Shown piece after piece: positions 30,766 to 40,675 of a DNA stretch of 64,000 bases; positions within the stretch are counted from its first letter, which is position 1, and every line of letters starts with the position of its first letter. The stretch lies in the NCBI GenBank assembly GCA_016292035.1, contig JAEEZR010000012.1, positions 5,937-69,936 of the forward strand, read 5' to 3'. The notes under the pieces are model-generated. The model ran no database searches, was not told the origin of the DNA, and was given only the letters and a program-made list of their open reading frames with translations. A program made the translations under genes and the position numbers. Origin of the DNA: Bacillales bacterium (GTDB taxonomy: Bacteria; Bacillota_I; Bacilli_A; RF39; UBA660).

Positions 30766-31053
30766 CTATCTTGGTTTTCTAGTTAATGTATTATCTTTTT
30801 CTTTTAATCTATTATATAGTTTCTTTAATAGACTTTGTCCTACAAAATCTACAATAGCGTATGTTCCGTTTTCTACTGAATAGTCATTGAATCTCATGTA
30901 TACTTCTCCAGTTTCAACGTTTTTGTAGCATTCATATCCGTCTTGTTTTTCTACTAATACTACCTTTTCAGTGCCTTCTAATGCTCTTCTTTCTTTATCA
31001 ATTACTTCAATTCTTTTTACAACAACTTTTTGTGTTTTTCTCTTTTCATTCAT
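30766..31053 (-). CDS. Hypothetical small protein (95 aa) between gpmI and spo0A
   Basis: Basic, cytoplasmic, with no recognisable motif. Confidence 0.35.
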   Translation of the reverse strand: MNEKRKTQKVVVKRIEVIDKERRALEGTEKVVLVEKQDGYECYKNVETGEVYMRFNDYSVENGTYAIVDFVGQSLLKKLYNRLKEKDNTLTRKPR

Positions 31054-31108
31054 TGTATTTTCCCTTTCAACGGTTATATTCTACTATTTGAAGGCAATTT
31101 AGTCAAGT

Positions 31109-31894
31109 TTAACTTATTTTTACTCTTTCTAGCTTTAGTTTATCTGCTAGAGTTACTATGAATTCACTGTTAGTAGGTTTAGCCCTGTCTATATCTACTG
31201 AATGGCCAAATATTTCTTCCATTAAATCCCAATCTGCTCTATTCCAAGATACTTCTATGGCATGCCTTATCGCTCTTTCTACCCTAGTTACTGATACATC
31301 ATATTTTTTACCTATCATTGGATATAGCTGCTTAGTTACTGCACCTATTAAGCTAGAGTCTTTATATACATAGTTAACAGCATCTCTTATATAATGATAC
31401 CCTTTTATATTTGATGGCATTCCTAAATCATGTAATAATTTAGTTATTACCATTTCTTCTTTGTTATCATTAAAATCTATTATTCTTCCTGAATCTATTT
31501 TATCAAATGAAGATAATATTCTATTTTCTAATTCTTCTAGATCAAATGGTTTTAGAATCATATATTTTACATTATATTCACTTACTTTTCTTGTTGTTTC
31601 TTCTTGATTGTAACTAGTTAATACTATAGTGTTTATTAACACTTTATTTTCTTTTAATTTATCTAGTACATATAATCCGTCCTTTTTAGGCATGATTAAG
31701 TCTAATACTATTAAGTCATAACTATCTTTGTTTGATAGTATTTTATTTACCGCTTCTTCTCCATCATGTGCTTCATCTACTATTTGTATTTTTTCATTAT
31801 CACTAAAGTATTCTTTTAGCATATTAACTAACTCTTTATTATCGTCTACTACTAGTATTCTCTTTTTCATCTTTTCTCCTCTTCTAGACTTCAT
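31109..31894 (-). CDS. spo0A: Sporulation master regulator Spo0A (response regulator receiver plus Spo0A_C DNA-binding domain)
   Basis: Receiver domain (RILVVDDN...DLIVLDLIMPKKDG) and C-terminal SRVERAIRHAIEVSWNRAD...KPTNSEFIVTLADKL, matching the signature Spo0A_C helix and 0A-box recognition region. Confidence 0.9.
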   Translation of the reverse strand: MKSRRGEKMKKRILVVDDNKELVNMLKEYFSDNEKIQIVDEAHDGEEAVNKILSNKDSYDLIVLDLIMPKKDGLYVLDKLKENKVLINTIVLTSYNQEETTRKVSEYNVKYMILKPFDLEELENRILSSFDKIDSGRIIDFNDNKEEMVITKLLHDLGMPSNIKGYHYIRDAVNYVYKDSSLIGAVTKQLYPMIGKKYDVSVTRVERAIRHAIEVSWNRADWDLMEEIFGHSVDIDRAKPTNSEFIVTLADKLKLERVKIS

Positions 31895-31988
31895 TATAGT
31901 TTAAAATTATACATTACTAAAGTTCTTAATATGTCTAACTTTGTCTAAATGAGCAGTTTTTTTGCTTTAAAAAATGATTAAACAGTGT

Positions 31989-33119
31989 TTAATCATTCAT
32001 TATTTCAAGTGCTGGCATTTCTTTTCCTTCTAAGAATTCTAGAGCTGCTCCTCCACCTGTTGATAAATAATATGGTTTAAATTTATATTTTTTAGAAGCT
32101 GCTCCTGTATCACCACCACATATTATTGTTTTTATTTTGTTATCTGTTAAATATTTAAATATTTCTTTAGTACCATTTTCATATGGTTTATCTTCATATT
32201 TACCTGGTGTACCATTAAATAATAATGGTAATCTTTTGTCTATATTCTTTTTATATAGTTCTATTGTTTTAGGTCCTATATCAAAGATTGTTTCATCTTT
32301 AATATCATCTATATCTATTATTCCTTTTTCTGTTACTACATCTATTGGTAATATTATTTTATCATTTTTTAGAAGTTTTTTAGCTTCTTTTAGGAAGTCT
32401 TCTTCTACAAATGTGTTTCCTACATTTTTACCTGATGCTTTTAAAAGTGTTGCACACATTGCTCCTCCTACTAGAAGTTTCTTAGATGTTGGTAATAGAT
32501 TTTCAATTAGCTTTATTTTATCACTTACTTTAGATCCTCCTAGAAGAACAGTTTTTTTAGCATCTTTTATCTTAGATAGTTCTTCTACTTCTTCTTCTAC
32601 TAGGAATCCTACAGCATGATCAATAAATTTACTTATACCATAAGTTGATGCATGTGCTCTATGGCTAGAACCAAATGCATCTAGCACAAATACATCTACT
32701 AATAGTGAATAATATTCACTTAGTCTTTCATCACAATTACTTTCTAGTTTATTAGGAACATCTAAGAATCTTATATTTTCTAATAGTAGAATATCTTTTG
32801 GTTTTAGATTACTTATTTTGTTTTCTAAGTTTTCTCCAACTAATTCTTCAGAAAACAATATTTTTTTGCCTAAAAGTGTTTCTAATTCTTTTTTTACTGG
32901 TTTTAATGATTTATCTTTAAAATCATCACTTGTTTTAACTTTACCCAAATGAGAAGCTATAACTATCTTAGCATTTTTACTCATTAAGTATTTAATAGTT
33001 TTAATACTAGCTTTTATTCTATTGTTATCAACAACTTTACCATCTTTAATAGGTACATTTAAATCTAGTCTTAAAAACACTGTTTTGTTTTTTACATCTA
33101 TGTCTTTTATAGTTCTCAT
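31989..33119 (-). CDS. pgk: Phosphoglycerate kinase
   Basis: VFLRLDLNVPIKDGKVVDNNRIKASIKTIKYL N-terminus and the Rossmann C-terminal domain with GGGA. 376 aa. Confidence 0.9.
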   Translation of the reverse strand: MRTIKDIDVKNKTVFLRLDLNVPIKDGKVVDNNRIKASIKTIKYLMSKNAKIVIASHLGKVKTSDDFKDKSLKPVKKELETLLGKKILFSEELVGENLENKISNLKPKDILLLENIRFLDVPNKLESNCDERLSEYYSLLVDVFVLDAFGSSHRAHASTYGISKFIDHAVGFLVEEEVEELSKIKDAKKTVLLGGSKVSDKIKLIENLLPTSKKLLVGGAMCATLLKASGKNVGNTFVEEDFLKEAKKLLKNDKIILPIDVVTEKGIIDIDDIKDETIFDIGPKTIELYKKNIDKRLPLLFNGTPGKYEDKPYENGTKEIFKYLTDNKIKTIICGGDTGAASKKYKFKPYYLSTGGGAALEFLEGKEMPALEIMND

Positions 33120-33167
33120 TATTTACTCCTTTTAATCTATTTTAAATATTTATCTATGATATATTAA

Positions 33168-33995
33168 TTAACCGCAAATAGCACTACCATCCTTAGTAAT
33201 ATCACAATAGTAAATACCATCATCACAAACAGAAAGGCCGTCTAAGTGAGCATAACATGTACCGCCACCAAACGAGCAACTAGAATAATCTATATAAGAT
33301 TTACAATTGTCAGCTGATGTTCCTAAAGCACTTTCCATATTTTCTTTTAATTTGTTTTTAGTTATTTCCCCATCTGTATCCCAATAATTTGGTCCCATAC
33401 AGAAAATCTTATTATTGTAATATAAGCATGTCTCATGACTTTCAACTGAATTTCCTCTCATTTTAGTTCTTATTAACTGATCGGGCTCTGATAAATTAAG
33501 TGAACTATAAGAGCTATAAGCATTTGCTGGTTTTTCCGTGTTTGAGTATTTTGTATCCCAACCGCCTTGCTCTATTGTCCAATATACGTATCCAGAGTCT
33601 TTATCATTTATTATATTATTATTATCATTTGTTGAACTATTTGTAGCTGGTTTATCTTTACCTAAGAAATATACTACTCCTACTGCTATTGCTACTATTA
33701 GTATTATTGCTAATATAGCTTTTAGTGGGCTTTTTTGCTTTTCTGGTTCAGGTGTAGTAGGCTGAGGAGTACTTACTGGTTCACTAGAGATTCCACTAGT
33801 CATTCCTGTTTGATTTCCTATTTGAGTAGCTTGTGCACTTCTAAAATTTTGCACTACATTGCTTTGAGGAATATCTGGCATACTTGGAGTTTGTCCATTA
33901 TTTGTTGGTAATCCTTCATATAATGGGCTTCCACAGAATCTACATTTTTGACTACCGTCATCTGAATAGTTATTACATTTACTACATTTAATCAT
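33168..33995 (-). CDS. Zinc-ribbon (C-x2-C-x9-C-x2-C) single-pass membrane protein whose ectodomain is the Cys-rich module shared with the pilin-like proteins at 328..2181
   Basis: MIKCSKCNNYSDDGSQKCRFCG, a Pro/Thr-rich linker, and TM ILAIILIVAIAVGVVYFL. Then YVYWTIEQGGW...HETCLYYNNKIFC...CSFGGGTCY, colinear with the C-termini of both pilin-like proteins. Confidence 0.65.
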   Translation of the reverse strand: MIKCSKCNNYSDDGSQKCRFCGSPLYEGLPTNNGQTPSMPDIPQSNVVQNFRSAQATQIGNQTGMTSGISSEPVSTPQPTTPEPEKQKSPLKAILAIILIVAIAVGVVYFLGKDKPATNSSTNDNNNIINDKDSGYVYWTIEQGGWDTKYSNTEKPANAYSSYSSLNLSEPDQLIRTKMRGNSVESHETCLYYNNKIFCMGPNYWDTDGEITKNKLKENMESALGTSADNCKSYIDYSSCSFGGGTCYAHLDGLSVCDDGIYYCDITKDGSAICG

Positions 33996-34007
33996 ATTTT
34001 CTCCTTA

Positions 34008-35816
34008 TTATTGGCTTAAGAATTTCTTTGCTGTATAGTATGAATAATATTCTTGTTTATCTTTATTTTTTGTTACTATGTATCCATCTTCTAGAGTTGG
34101 CTCTGTTTCTATTTTTAGAACTTCTTTATTATTTGTGACATCTAGTACAATATATTTATCTTTTAACATTACTGCATATAATACATTGTTAAATATTCTA
34201 TAAGATAGTATATTATCTTTTAGTAATGTTCCATTATTTATATCAAATATTGTTTTAGAGTCATCAGAATTATTTCCAATATATAAATTAGTATCTATTC
34301 TTGTTATTGATTCTTCATTTGTTTTATCTATATATGTTTCTGATTTCTTTTGAGCTTTGTTATTTATTAGGTAATAGTCTTTTCCATTTTCACTTACCTT
34401 TAATAGTCCATCAGCATTATACATACTGTTTCCTAGTGGATCTAGTGATGTGACCGTTCTATAGGCTTTTTTACCTATTTGTTTTCCTTCTTTATCTACT
34501 AGTATTACATCATTTTCATTATATCCCTTACAAGAAGATAGTACATATGCTCCTTCTTTTTGGAATCCTTCAGTAAACTTATTACATTCAAAATGCCCTA
34601 GTACTTTTCCATTTGAATAGATATCTAAACCAGATGTTTTTGATTTTGCTACGTAGTTATTAGCATCCATATATAATACATTTTTTGCTTCTATTGTTTT
34701 GCTTCCCTTACTGTCTAATAAGTAAGTTTTATTTTGTTTGTCTGTTAATATAGCATTGTTTCCTATAAATGTTATAGTATCTTCTTTAGTTACATCTATT
34801 GAAAATACTTCTTTTTCATCTTTTATAAACTTATATACATATCTTGTTGGTGCTACTAGCTTTCCTGTATTATAGTCCATTACTTCACATGTTCTTAATA
34901 GGAATTTATTATCTTTTAATTCATCTATACAATATGAATCTACATCTTTATATGTTTTTATAATAGTAGCATTTTCAATGTTAATAATGTATGTAGTACC
35001 ATCATAAGAAACACTCATATAGTTACCTTCTATGCTTATATTTGGTTCACCATAGTCAATGTTACTTTTGAATGGTATTTTTACTAATTCATCACCTTTA
35101 TAGTTATAGTAGATAAAATTTTTACTATTTCTATTTTCTATTAGTGAGATTTTATTGCTAGCTGAATAAGATAGAATATCCATATTGTCTTTTTTTGCAA
35201 TTTCTTTTCCTGTACTTGAGTAATATATTCTTGAGTTTTCACTTTCAATGCACTCATAAAGTGCTCCTGTTTGGTATAGCGCTTTGCACTTACCAAATTC
35301 TATTAATATTTTACCTTCTTCTGATATTAATCCATATTTTCCTAGTCTATTTGTTGCTAGTGATGAATGATTTGTAAATGTTTCTGATTCTTCAGATGTT
35401 TTTATTAATTTGTATTCAAATTCTGTTAATTTGTTTCCTTGGACATCATAAAAAGCATATAACCCATTTTTATCTTTTAAGTAGAAAGATGTTTTTTCAT
35501 TTGTTTCTTCTTTACTAAATATTTTTACTAATATTATTACTATTAAAGCAATTATTATTAATAAAGATCCTAGTGCGATTATAACTCTTTTTTTATTTAG
35601 TTTTCCTTTTTTCTTAGGTGTTTCTTCTTTAATTTCTTCCTTTATTTCTTCCTTTGGGGCTATATATTCAAATCCGTTTATTATTTCTGTTTTTTCACTT
35701 ACATATGCATAGTTATGAGTTTCTTCTTTAGGTTGATTATAAAGTGAGTTTCCACAGACTCCGCAGAACATTGTTCCATCTTCAGAATAGTTGTTACATT
35801 TACTACATTTGACCAT
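34008..35816 (-). CDS. Zinc-ribbon single-pass membrane protein with a large ectodomain containing WG-like repeats
   Basis: MVKCSKCNNYSEDGTMFCGVCGNSLY, an EEIKEEIKEE acidic/basic linker, and TM VIIALGSLLIIIALIVIILV. Ectodomain segments (GKYGLISEEGKILIEF, NGLYAFYDVQGNKLTEFEY) resemble WG-containing repeats. Confidence 0.55.
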   Translation of the reverse strand: MVKCSKCNNYSEDGTMFCGVCGNSLYNQPKEETHNYAYVSEKTEIINGFEYIAPKEEIKEEIKEETPKKKGKLNKKRVIIALGSLLIIIALIVIILVKIFSKEETNEKTSFYLKDKNGLYAFYDVQGNKLTEFEYKLIKTSEESETFTNHSSLATNRLGKYGLISEEGKILIEFGKCKALYQTGALYECIESENSRIYYSSTGKEIAKKDNMDILSYSASNKISLIENRNSKNFIYYNYKGDELVKIPFKSNIDYGEPNISIEGNYMSVSYDGTTYIINIENATIIKTYKDVDSYCIDELKDNKFLLRTCEVMDYNTGKLVAPTRYVYKFIKDEKEVFSIDVTKEDTITFIGNNAILTDKQNKTYLLDSKGSKTIEAKNVLYMDANNYVAKSKTSGLDIYSNGKVLGHFECNKFTEGFQKEGAYVLSSCKGYNENDVILVDKEGKQIGKKAYRTVTSLDPLGNSMYNADGLLKVSENGKDYYLINNKAQKKSETYIDKTNEESITRIDTNLYIGNNSDDSKTIFDINNGTLLKDNILSYRIFNNVLYAVMLKDKYIVLDVTNNKEVLKIETEPTLEDGYIVTKNKDKQEYYSYYTAKKFLSQ

Positions 35817-36831
35817 TTATGTTTTCTTCCTTTACTTCAAATAATTTAGCTGCAGTTCTTAGCATTTGAGCAGTGTATGCCCATTCATTATCATACCAAG
35901 CTGATACTTTTACCATTGTTTTTCCTTCCATAGGTACTACTTTTGTTAGTGAAGCATCTACTATGGCTGATGTTGTTGTTCCTATTATGTCTGAGCTTAC
36001 TAATGGAACTGTTACAAGTTTTAATACTTCGTTATTTCTGCTTCTAAAAGCTTCATTTACTTCATCTATTGTTACTTCTTTATTTACTAGTACAGATAAA
36101 TCGATTATAGATCCATCTCCTACTGGTACTCTATAAGAAGTTCCATCTAATTTACCGTCTAATTTAGGTATTACTTTTCCAATTGCAGATGCTGCTCCTG
36201 TTGATGTTGGAATTATGTTTAAAAGTGCACTTCTTCCTCTTCTAGATGCTATTCCTTTTTTGTGAGGTATATCAAGTGTTTCTTGATCGTTTGTTACAGC
36301 GTGTACTGTAGACATGAATCCACTTTCTACATCAAATGCATCATCTAATACTTTTAATACTGGCGCTAGGCAGTTTGTAGTACAAGAAGCTGCTGATATA
36401 ATTCTATCTTCTGGTGTTATTCTTTTATCATTTACTCCATATACTATTGTTTTTACTTCGTCTTTAGCTGGAGCGCTTATTATTACTTTTTTTGCTCCTG
36501 CTTCTAAGTGAGCTTTTGCTTTTTCACCTGTTGTGAAAGCACCTGTACATTCTAAAACTACATCAACATCTAGTAGTCCCCAAGGTAATTTTGTTGGGTC
36601 TGGTTCTTTATATACATTTATTTTTAGATCTTTAAATATTATTGAATTTTCATCATATCCAACATTGTCTGCTAGTGTTCTATGTACACTATCATATTTA
36701 TACAAATATGCTAAGTCCATTGCATCTGTTAAGTCATTAATTGCAACTACTTGCATATCACTTCTATTTCTAATTTGTCTTAAGGCACATCTACCTATTC
36801 TTCCAAAACCGTTTATTGCTACTCTTATCAT
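35803..36831 (-). CDS. gap: Glyceraldehyde-3-phosphate dehydrogenase
   Basis: INGFGRIGR NAD-binding motif and the SAASCTTNCLAP active site. 342 aa. Confidence 0.95.
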   Translation of the reverse strand: MIRVAINGFGRIGRCALRQIRNRSDMQVVAINDLTDAMDLAYLYKYDSVHRTLADNVGYDENSIIFKDLKINVYKEPDPTKLPWGLLDVDVVLECTGAFTTGEKAKAHLEAGAKKVIISAPAKDEVKTIVYGVNDKRITPEDRIISAASCTTNCLAPVLKVLDDAFDVESGFMSTVHAVTNDQETLDIPHKKGIASRRGRSALLNIIPTSTGAASAIGKVIPKLDGKLDGTSYRVPVGDGSIIDLSVLVNKEVTIDEVNEAFRSRNNEVLKLVTVPLVSSDIIGTTTSAIVDASLTKVVPMEGKTMVKVSAWYDNEWAYTAQMLRTAAKLFEVKEENINGQM

Positions 36832-36840
36832 TTTTTCCTC

Positions 36841-38481
36841 CTATTCGAAATAGCCATTTCCACCAAATTCTTTTAATACTGAAGTATCTGGTACATAACT
36901 TTCTGGTATATTTAAGAAATTATTTAAGAATTTTATTATTCTTGTTGCTTCACTATAGTAAACACTATTTTCATCTATCTTTAGTAATAGTGGTACTACA
37001 TAAGTTTTTAATACTCCTAGTTCATATATCAAAGCTGTGTTTAAAACAATATCTGCATCGTTTTGATAAGGGAATATGTATTTTTCTTCACTATCTCTTA
37101 CTTGATTCCAGCTTTCTAATGACCCAAGTGCATCTCTTCCTCTTAGTCTAAAGTCTCTTACCATTCTTCTTATCAATCTTACATCCACCGTTGATATGTG
37201 ATTGTGTCTATCTATTCCTAGTGGAGTGAATGGACTTATATATATTTTTAATTTATTTTCTCTTGGAATCTTTTCAGTTACTTTTTCATTTAAAGTATGA
37301 ATTCCTTCAATTATAAGACAGTCTCTATTCTTTAGTGTTACTGGCTTTCTTTTATATTCTTTCTCACCAGTAATAAAGTTATACTCTGGAATAATAACTT
37401 CTTCATTGTTAAGTAGTTTAGATAATTGTTCATTAAATAAATCTAAATCTAATGCTTCTAAGCAGTCAAATAGCAATTCCCCTTTTTCATCTCTAGGAGT
37501 ATCTACCCTATTTTTGAAATAATCATCCATTGATATTATGAATGGGTTAACACCTTTACTTTTTAGCATTAGCGCTAATTTCTTAGCTGATGTTGTTTTT
37601 CCTGATGAAGTAGGGCCTGCTAATAGTATTAGCTTTAATCTATCTATATTATTTGCTATGTGATTTGCTATTTCATTTAAATCTTCGTTTTGCTTAAGTT
37701 CGTTGAGTTCAATGAATTCTTTACTTTTTCCGCTTATTACTATATTGTTAACATCTGATAGGTATCTTACATTTAGTTTGTTTGTCCATTTTTCATAGTC
37801 TTTAAAACATTTTAATACCTGTGGTCTATCAACATATTCTTCTACTTCTCCATTTATTCTAGGTAGCATTAGTACTGCTGAGTGTTCATCTATTAATTTT
37901 ACATCAAAATGTTTTAAACATCCTGTTGAAATAGGCATTACTGTGTAGAAATAATTATAGAATCCTTCTAATTTATAAATAGTAGCTAATTCATTTGTTT
38001 TTAGTCTTAAATTAAGTGCTTTTTCTTTTTCATTTTCTTCATAATAGTTAATTGCTTCTCTTCTTGTTGTTTGTATTTTTTCTATAGGTAAATTACTACT
38101 TACTAGTTCTTGCATTTTAGATATTATTTTAGAAACTTTATATTCATCTAATTCTACACTTGTTTCTGTATATAATCCTTTATCTATAGAGTGCTTTATT
38201 TCTACATCTGTATCTTTTCCAAATAGTTCTTTAATTGCAACTATATATAAGAATTTAAGCCCACTAGCATAGATTAATAGTCCTCTTCTATCTTTATAAG
38301 ATATAAATTTAATTGTAGAATCTTTTTTCACTTTAGTATTTAAATCACATACTTCATTGTTGACTATTGCTGCGACAGAATCGTAGTAATTTGTTTCTCT
38401 AGCAATATCATATAGAGGCAAGTTTCTACTTACTTCCATAGGATTCATATTTTCAACCTTTATTGTTATTCTTTCTTCCAT
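36841..38481 (-). CDS. P-loop kinase of the uridine kinase/phosphoribulokinase family with an N-terminal TGS-like domain (nucleoside kinase-like)
   Basis: Walker A LLAGPTSSGKTTSAKKL in the C-terminal half. The N-terminal roughly 60 aa resemble a TGS/ubiquitin-like fold. 546 aa. Confidence 0.5.
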   Translation of the reverse strand: MEERITIKVENMNPMEVSRNLPLYDIARETNYYDSVAAIVNNEVCDLNTKVKKDSTIKFISYKDRRGLLIYASGLKFLYIVAIKELFGKDTDVEIKHSIDKGLYTETSVELDEYKVSKIISKMQELVSSNLPIEKIQTTRREAINYYEENEKEKALNLRLKTNELATIYKLEGFYNYFYTVMPISTGCLKHFDVKLIDEHSAVLMLPRINGEVEEYVDRPQVLKCFKDYEKWTNKLNVRYLSDVNNIVISGKSKEFIELNELKQNEDLNEIANHIANNIDRLKLILLAGPTSSGKTTSAKKLALMLKSKGVNPFIISMDDYFKNRVDTPRDEKGELLFDCLEALDLDLFNEQLSKLLNNEEVIIPEYNFITGEKEYKRKPVTLKNRDCLIIEGIHTLNEKVTEKIPRENKLKIYISPFTPLGIDRHNHISTVDVRLIRRMVRDFRLRGRDALGSLESWNQVRDSEEKYIFPYQNDADIVLNTALIYELGVLKTYVVPLLLKIDENSVYYSEATRIIKFLNNFLNIPESYVPDTSVLKEFGGNGYFE

Positions 38482-38582
38482 AATTATCTTCCTATTCTAA
38501 TTGTAATTTTATCATATTTTTTGTCATATTTGTATAGAAAAAACTATAATTATACATAATAAAAGCACTAAAAGTGCTTTTA

Positions 38583-39506
38583 TTATTCTCTTACCATTTC
38601 TTTTATTTTTCTAAAGCGGTGGTTAACACCACTTTTTGTTATTTTTTTGTTAGTTTCTATAGACATAATCTGCGCTAATTCTTCCATTGAACTTTCTTTA
38701 TACTTTTCTTTGTATATGCATATTTCTTTAATTTTATCATCTAATAATTCAAAGTCATATTTTTCTTTTAGTTTTCTTATGTTTTCTAATTGTTCATTAG
38801 ATGAAAATACTATTTTATCAATGTTAGCTTGCTCACAGTTATTTAATCTATTTGTCATGTTTTTATGATCTCTATAAATTCTTATATCTTCATAATAGAA
38901 TAGAGAATTATATGCATTTAATAGTTTTATAAAGTCACTTATTTTTTCAGATTCTTTTAAGTATACCATGTATGTTTTTTCTCTTTTTAGTACTTTACTA
39001 TTAAATCCTAATTCATTTAATAGAGAATTTACATAATTCGCAGCTGTTTTATTATCTATTATGAACTCTAAATGGTATCTACTTGTTTTGGGATCATTTA
39101 CACTTCCGCATATTAAGAAGGCTCCTCTTAAATATGCTTTTTTTTCTTCATCTATTTCACATAGATAGCTTTCTGGTTTATGTAGTCTTTTTCCTTCTTC
39201 ATTTACTACATTTAGATCCTTTAAAATATCTTCTACTCTTTCTTCTATTTCAATATTTATTATATGTGATCTTTTAAGTCTGTTTACTTTTTCTTTGGTT
39301 ACTATTATGTCTATTCCATATAAATCTTTTATTAGCTTATAGATTCTTCTAGACAATCCATAGTTTTCTGTTGTTACTATAATTTTATCGTTTGTTATCT
39401 GCGCGTTTATATTAACTATTGCAGATAATTCAGCTATTATTTCTGATTTAGGATAGTCTAAATTACTTATTTCATTTTTTATATTACTAGTGAATGACAT
39501 TACCAA
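38583..39506 (-). CDS. whiA: Sporulation/cell-division regulator WhiA
   Basis: N-terminal LAGLADG-like homing-endonuclease-like domains plus a C-terminal HTH (ELAQIMSIETNKKITKSGVNHRFRKI). 307 aa. Confidence 0.85.
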   Translation of the reverse strand: MVMSFTSNIKNEISNLDYPKSEIIAELSAIVNINAQITNDKIIVTTENYGLSRRIYKLIKDLYGIDIIVTKEKVNRLKRSHIINIEIEERVEDILKDLNVVNEEGKRLHKPESYLCEIDEEKKAYLRGAFLICGSVNDPKTSRYHLEFIIDNKTAANYVNSLLNELGFNSKVLKREKTYMVYLKESEKISDFIKLLNAYNSLFYYEDIRIYRDHKNMTNRLNNCEQANIDKIVFSSNEQLENIRKLKEKYDFELLDDKIKEICIYKEKYKESSMEELAQIMSIETNKKITKSGVNHRFRKIKEMVRE

Positions 39507-40675
39507 CTCCTAGAGTAGAACCAACTTCCTGGGAAATATACTACGTCATTTGGGTCAAATATATAACTCTTATATGATCCTGGATCTGTTAAATGTCCAT
39601 ATGTCATTGAAAGGTGTACATGTGGGCCGGTTGAACAGTTATCATATATTCCGCCCATGTAACCTATTACGTCATTTGCAGTTACTACATCACCAACGTT
39701 AACATTAAAGCTCTTTAAATGCATGTACATTGATGTGTATTCTACTCCTTTTACTACGTGATGGATACCTACTACTCTTCCACCGCATCCCCAGTTTACT
39801 TCGAATGCTACTTTACCTGCTGCGACTGCATAGATTGGTTCTCCTACTGGGTAGCCACTATCTGATACGTCAATTCCAGTGTGTCCTTCATAGTATCCTG
39901 TGATTGGACTTACTCTGAATCCGTAGTCACTTGTAACTACACCTCTATTTAATGGTCTTAAGAATCCTGTTGCTGGTGGAACTCCAGAGCATACTGATAA
40001 TATATCGTCTCTTTCTGTACATCCATTAGCTTCATAGAATGCCATTATTTCTTTTTGGTCTGCTATTCTTTCATCTATATTAGCACCTTCACTATATAAG
40101 TCGTTTATTTTGTTTCCTACTTTTCTTTGTTTTGCTTCTAGTTCTTTTCTTGCTGCTTCTTCTAGTTTTACTTTTTCGTTTAGTTCTTTCTTAAGATTTT
40201 CTTGTTTTTCTATTAATTCATTCATTTCTTTAATAAGTTCTTTATTGTATTTACTTATTTCTTCTACTACTGATACTCTATGAATGAAATCAGTAAAACT
40301 TGTTGCTTTGAATATATATTCTAAGTATGATTTTTCTCCTGAAGATAGTTCAAGGAATACCAATATTTTATTTGTTTCTTCCTTTTTCTTTTCTATTTCA
40401 TCTTCGAGTTCTTTTATTTTGTTAGTAGCTTCTACTATTTGGCTGTTATACTGTGATACCTTTTCTTGTGATTCTAGTATTTCTTTTGCGAGCTTATCAT
40501 ATTCTGCCTGTGATAGAGCTACTTGTTCTTCTTGCACTCGTTTTTCTTCTTCAAGCTTTGCTAGGTTATCTATTAAATCACCATAGGTTTTAGCTCTTGA
40601 AGAGTTAAGTGGTAAAATGAAAAGAAAAGAGATTAATACTGTAAATAACAGTAATATTATCCTTTTTATTTTCAT
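39500..40675 (-). CDS. M23 family peptidase with an N-terminal coiled coil (EnvC-like murein hydrolase activator), co-transcribed with ftsEX
   Basis: Signal/TM, a long coiled coil (KLEEEKRVQEEQVALSQAEYDKLAKEILE...), and a C-terminal M23 LytM domain (HTGIDV...GGRVVGIHH). Sits directly downstream of ftsX, as EnvC/CwlO-type partners do. Confidence 0.8.
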   Translation of the reverse strand: MKIKRIILLLFTVLISFLFILPLNSSRAKTYGDLIDNLAKLEEEKRVQEEQVALSQAEYDKLAKEILESQEKVSQYNSQIVEATNKIKELEDEIEKKKEETNKILVFLELSSGEKSYLEYIFKATSFTDFIHRVSVVEEISKYNKELIKEMNELIEKQENLKKELNEKVKLEEAARKELEAKQRKVGNKINDLYSEGANIDERIADQKEIMAFYEANGCTERDDILSVCSGVPPATGFLRPLNRGVVTSDYGFRVSPITGYYEGHTGIDVSDSGYPVGEPIYAVAAGKVAFEVNWGCGGRVVGIHHVVKGVEYTSMYMHLKSFNVNVGDVVTANDVIGYMGGIYDNCSTGPHVHLSMTYGHLTDPGSYKSYIFDPNDVVYFPGSWFYSRSW

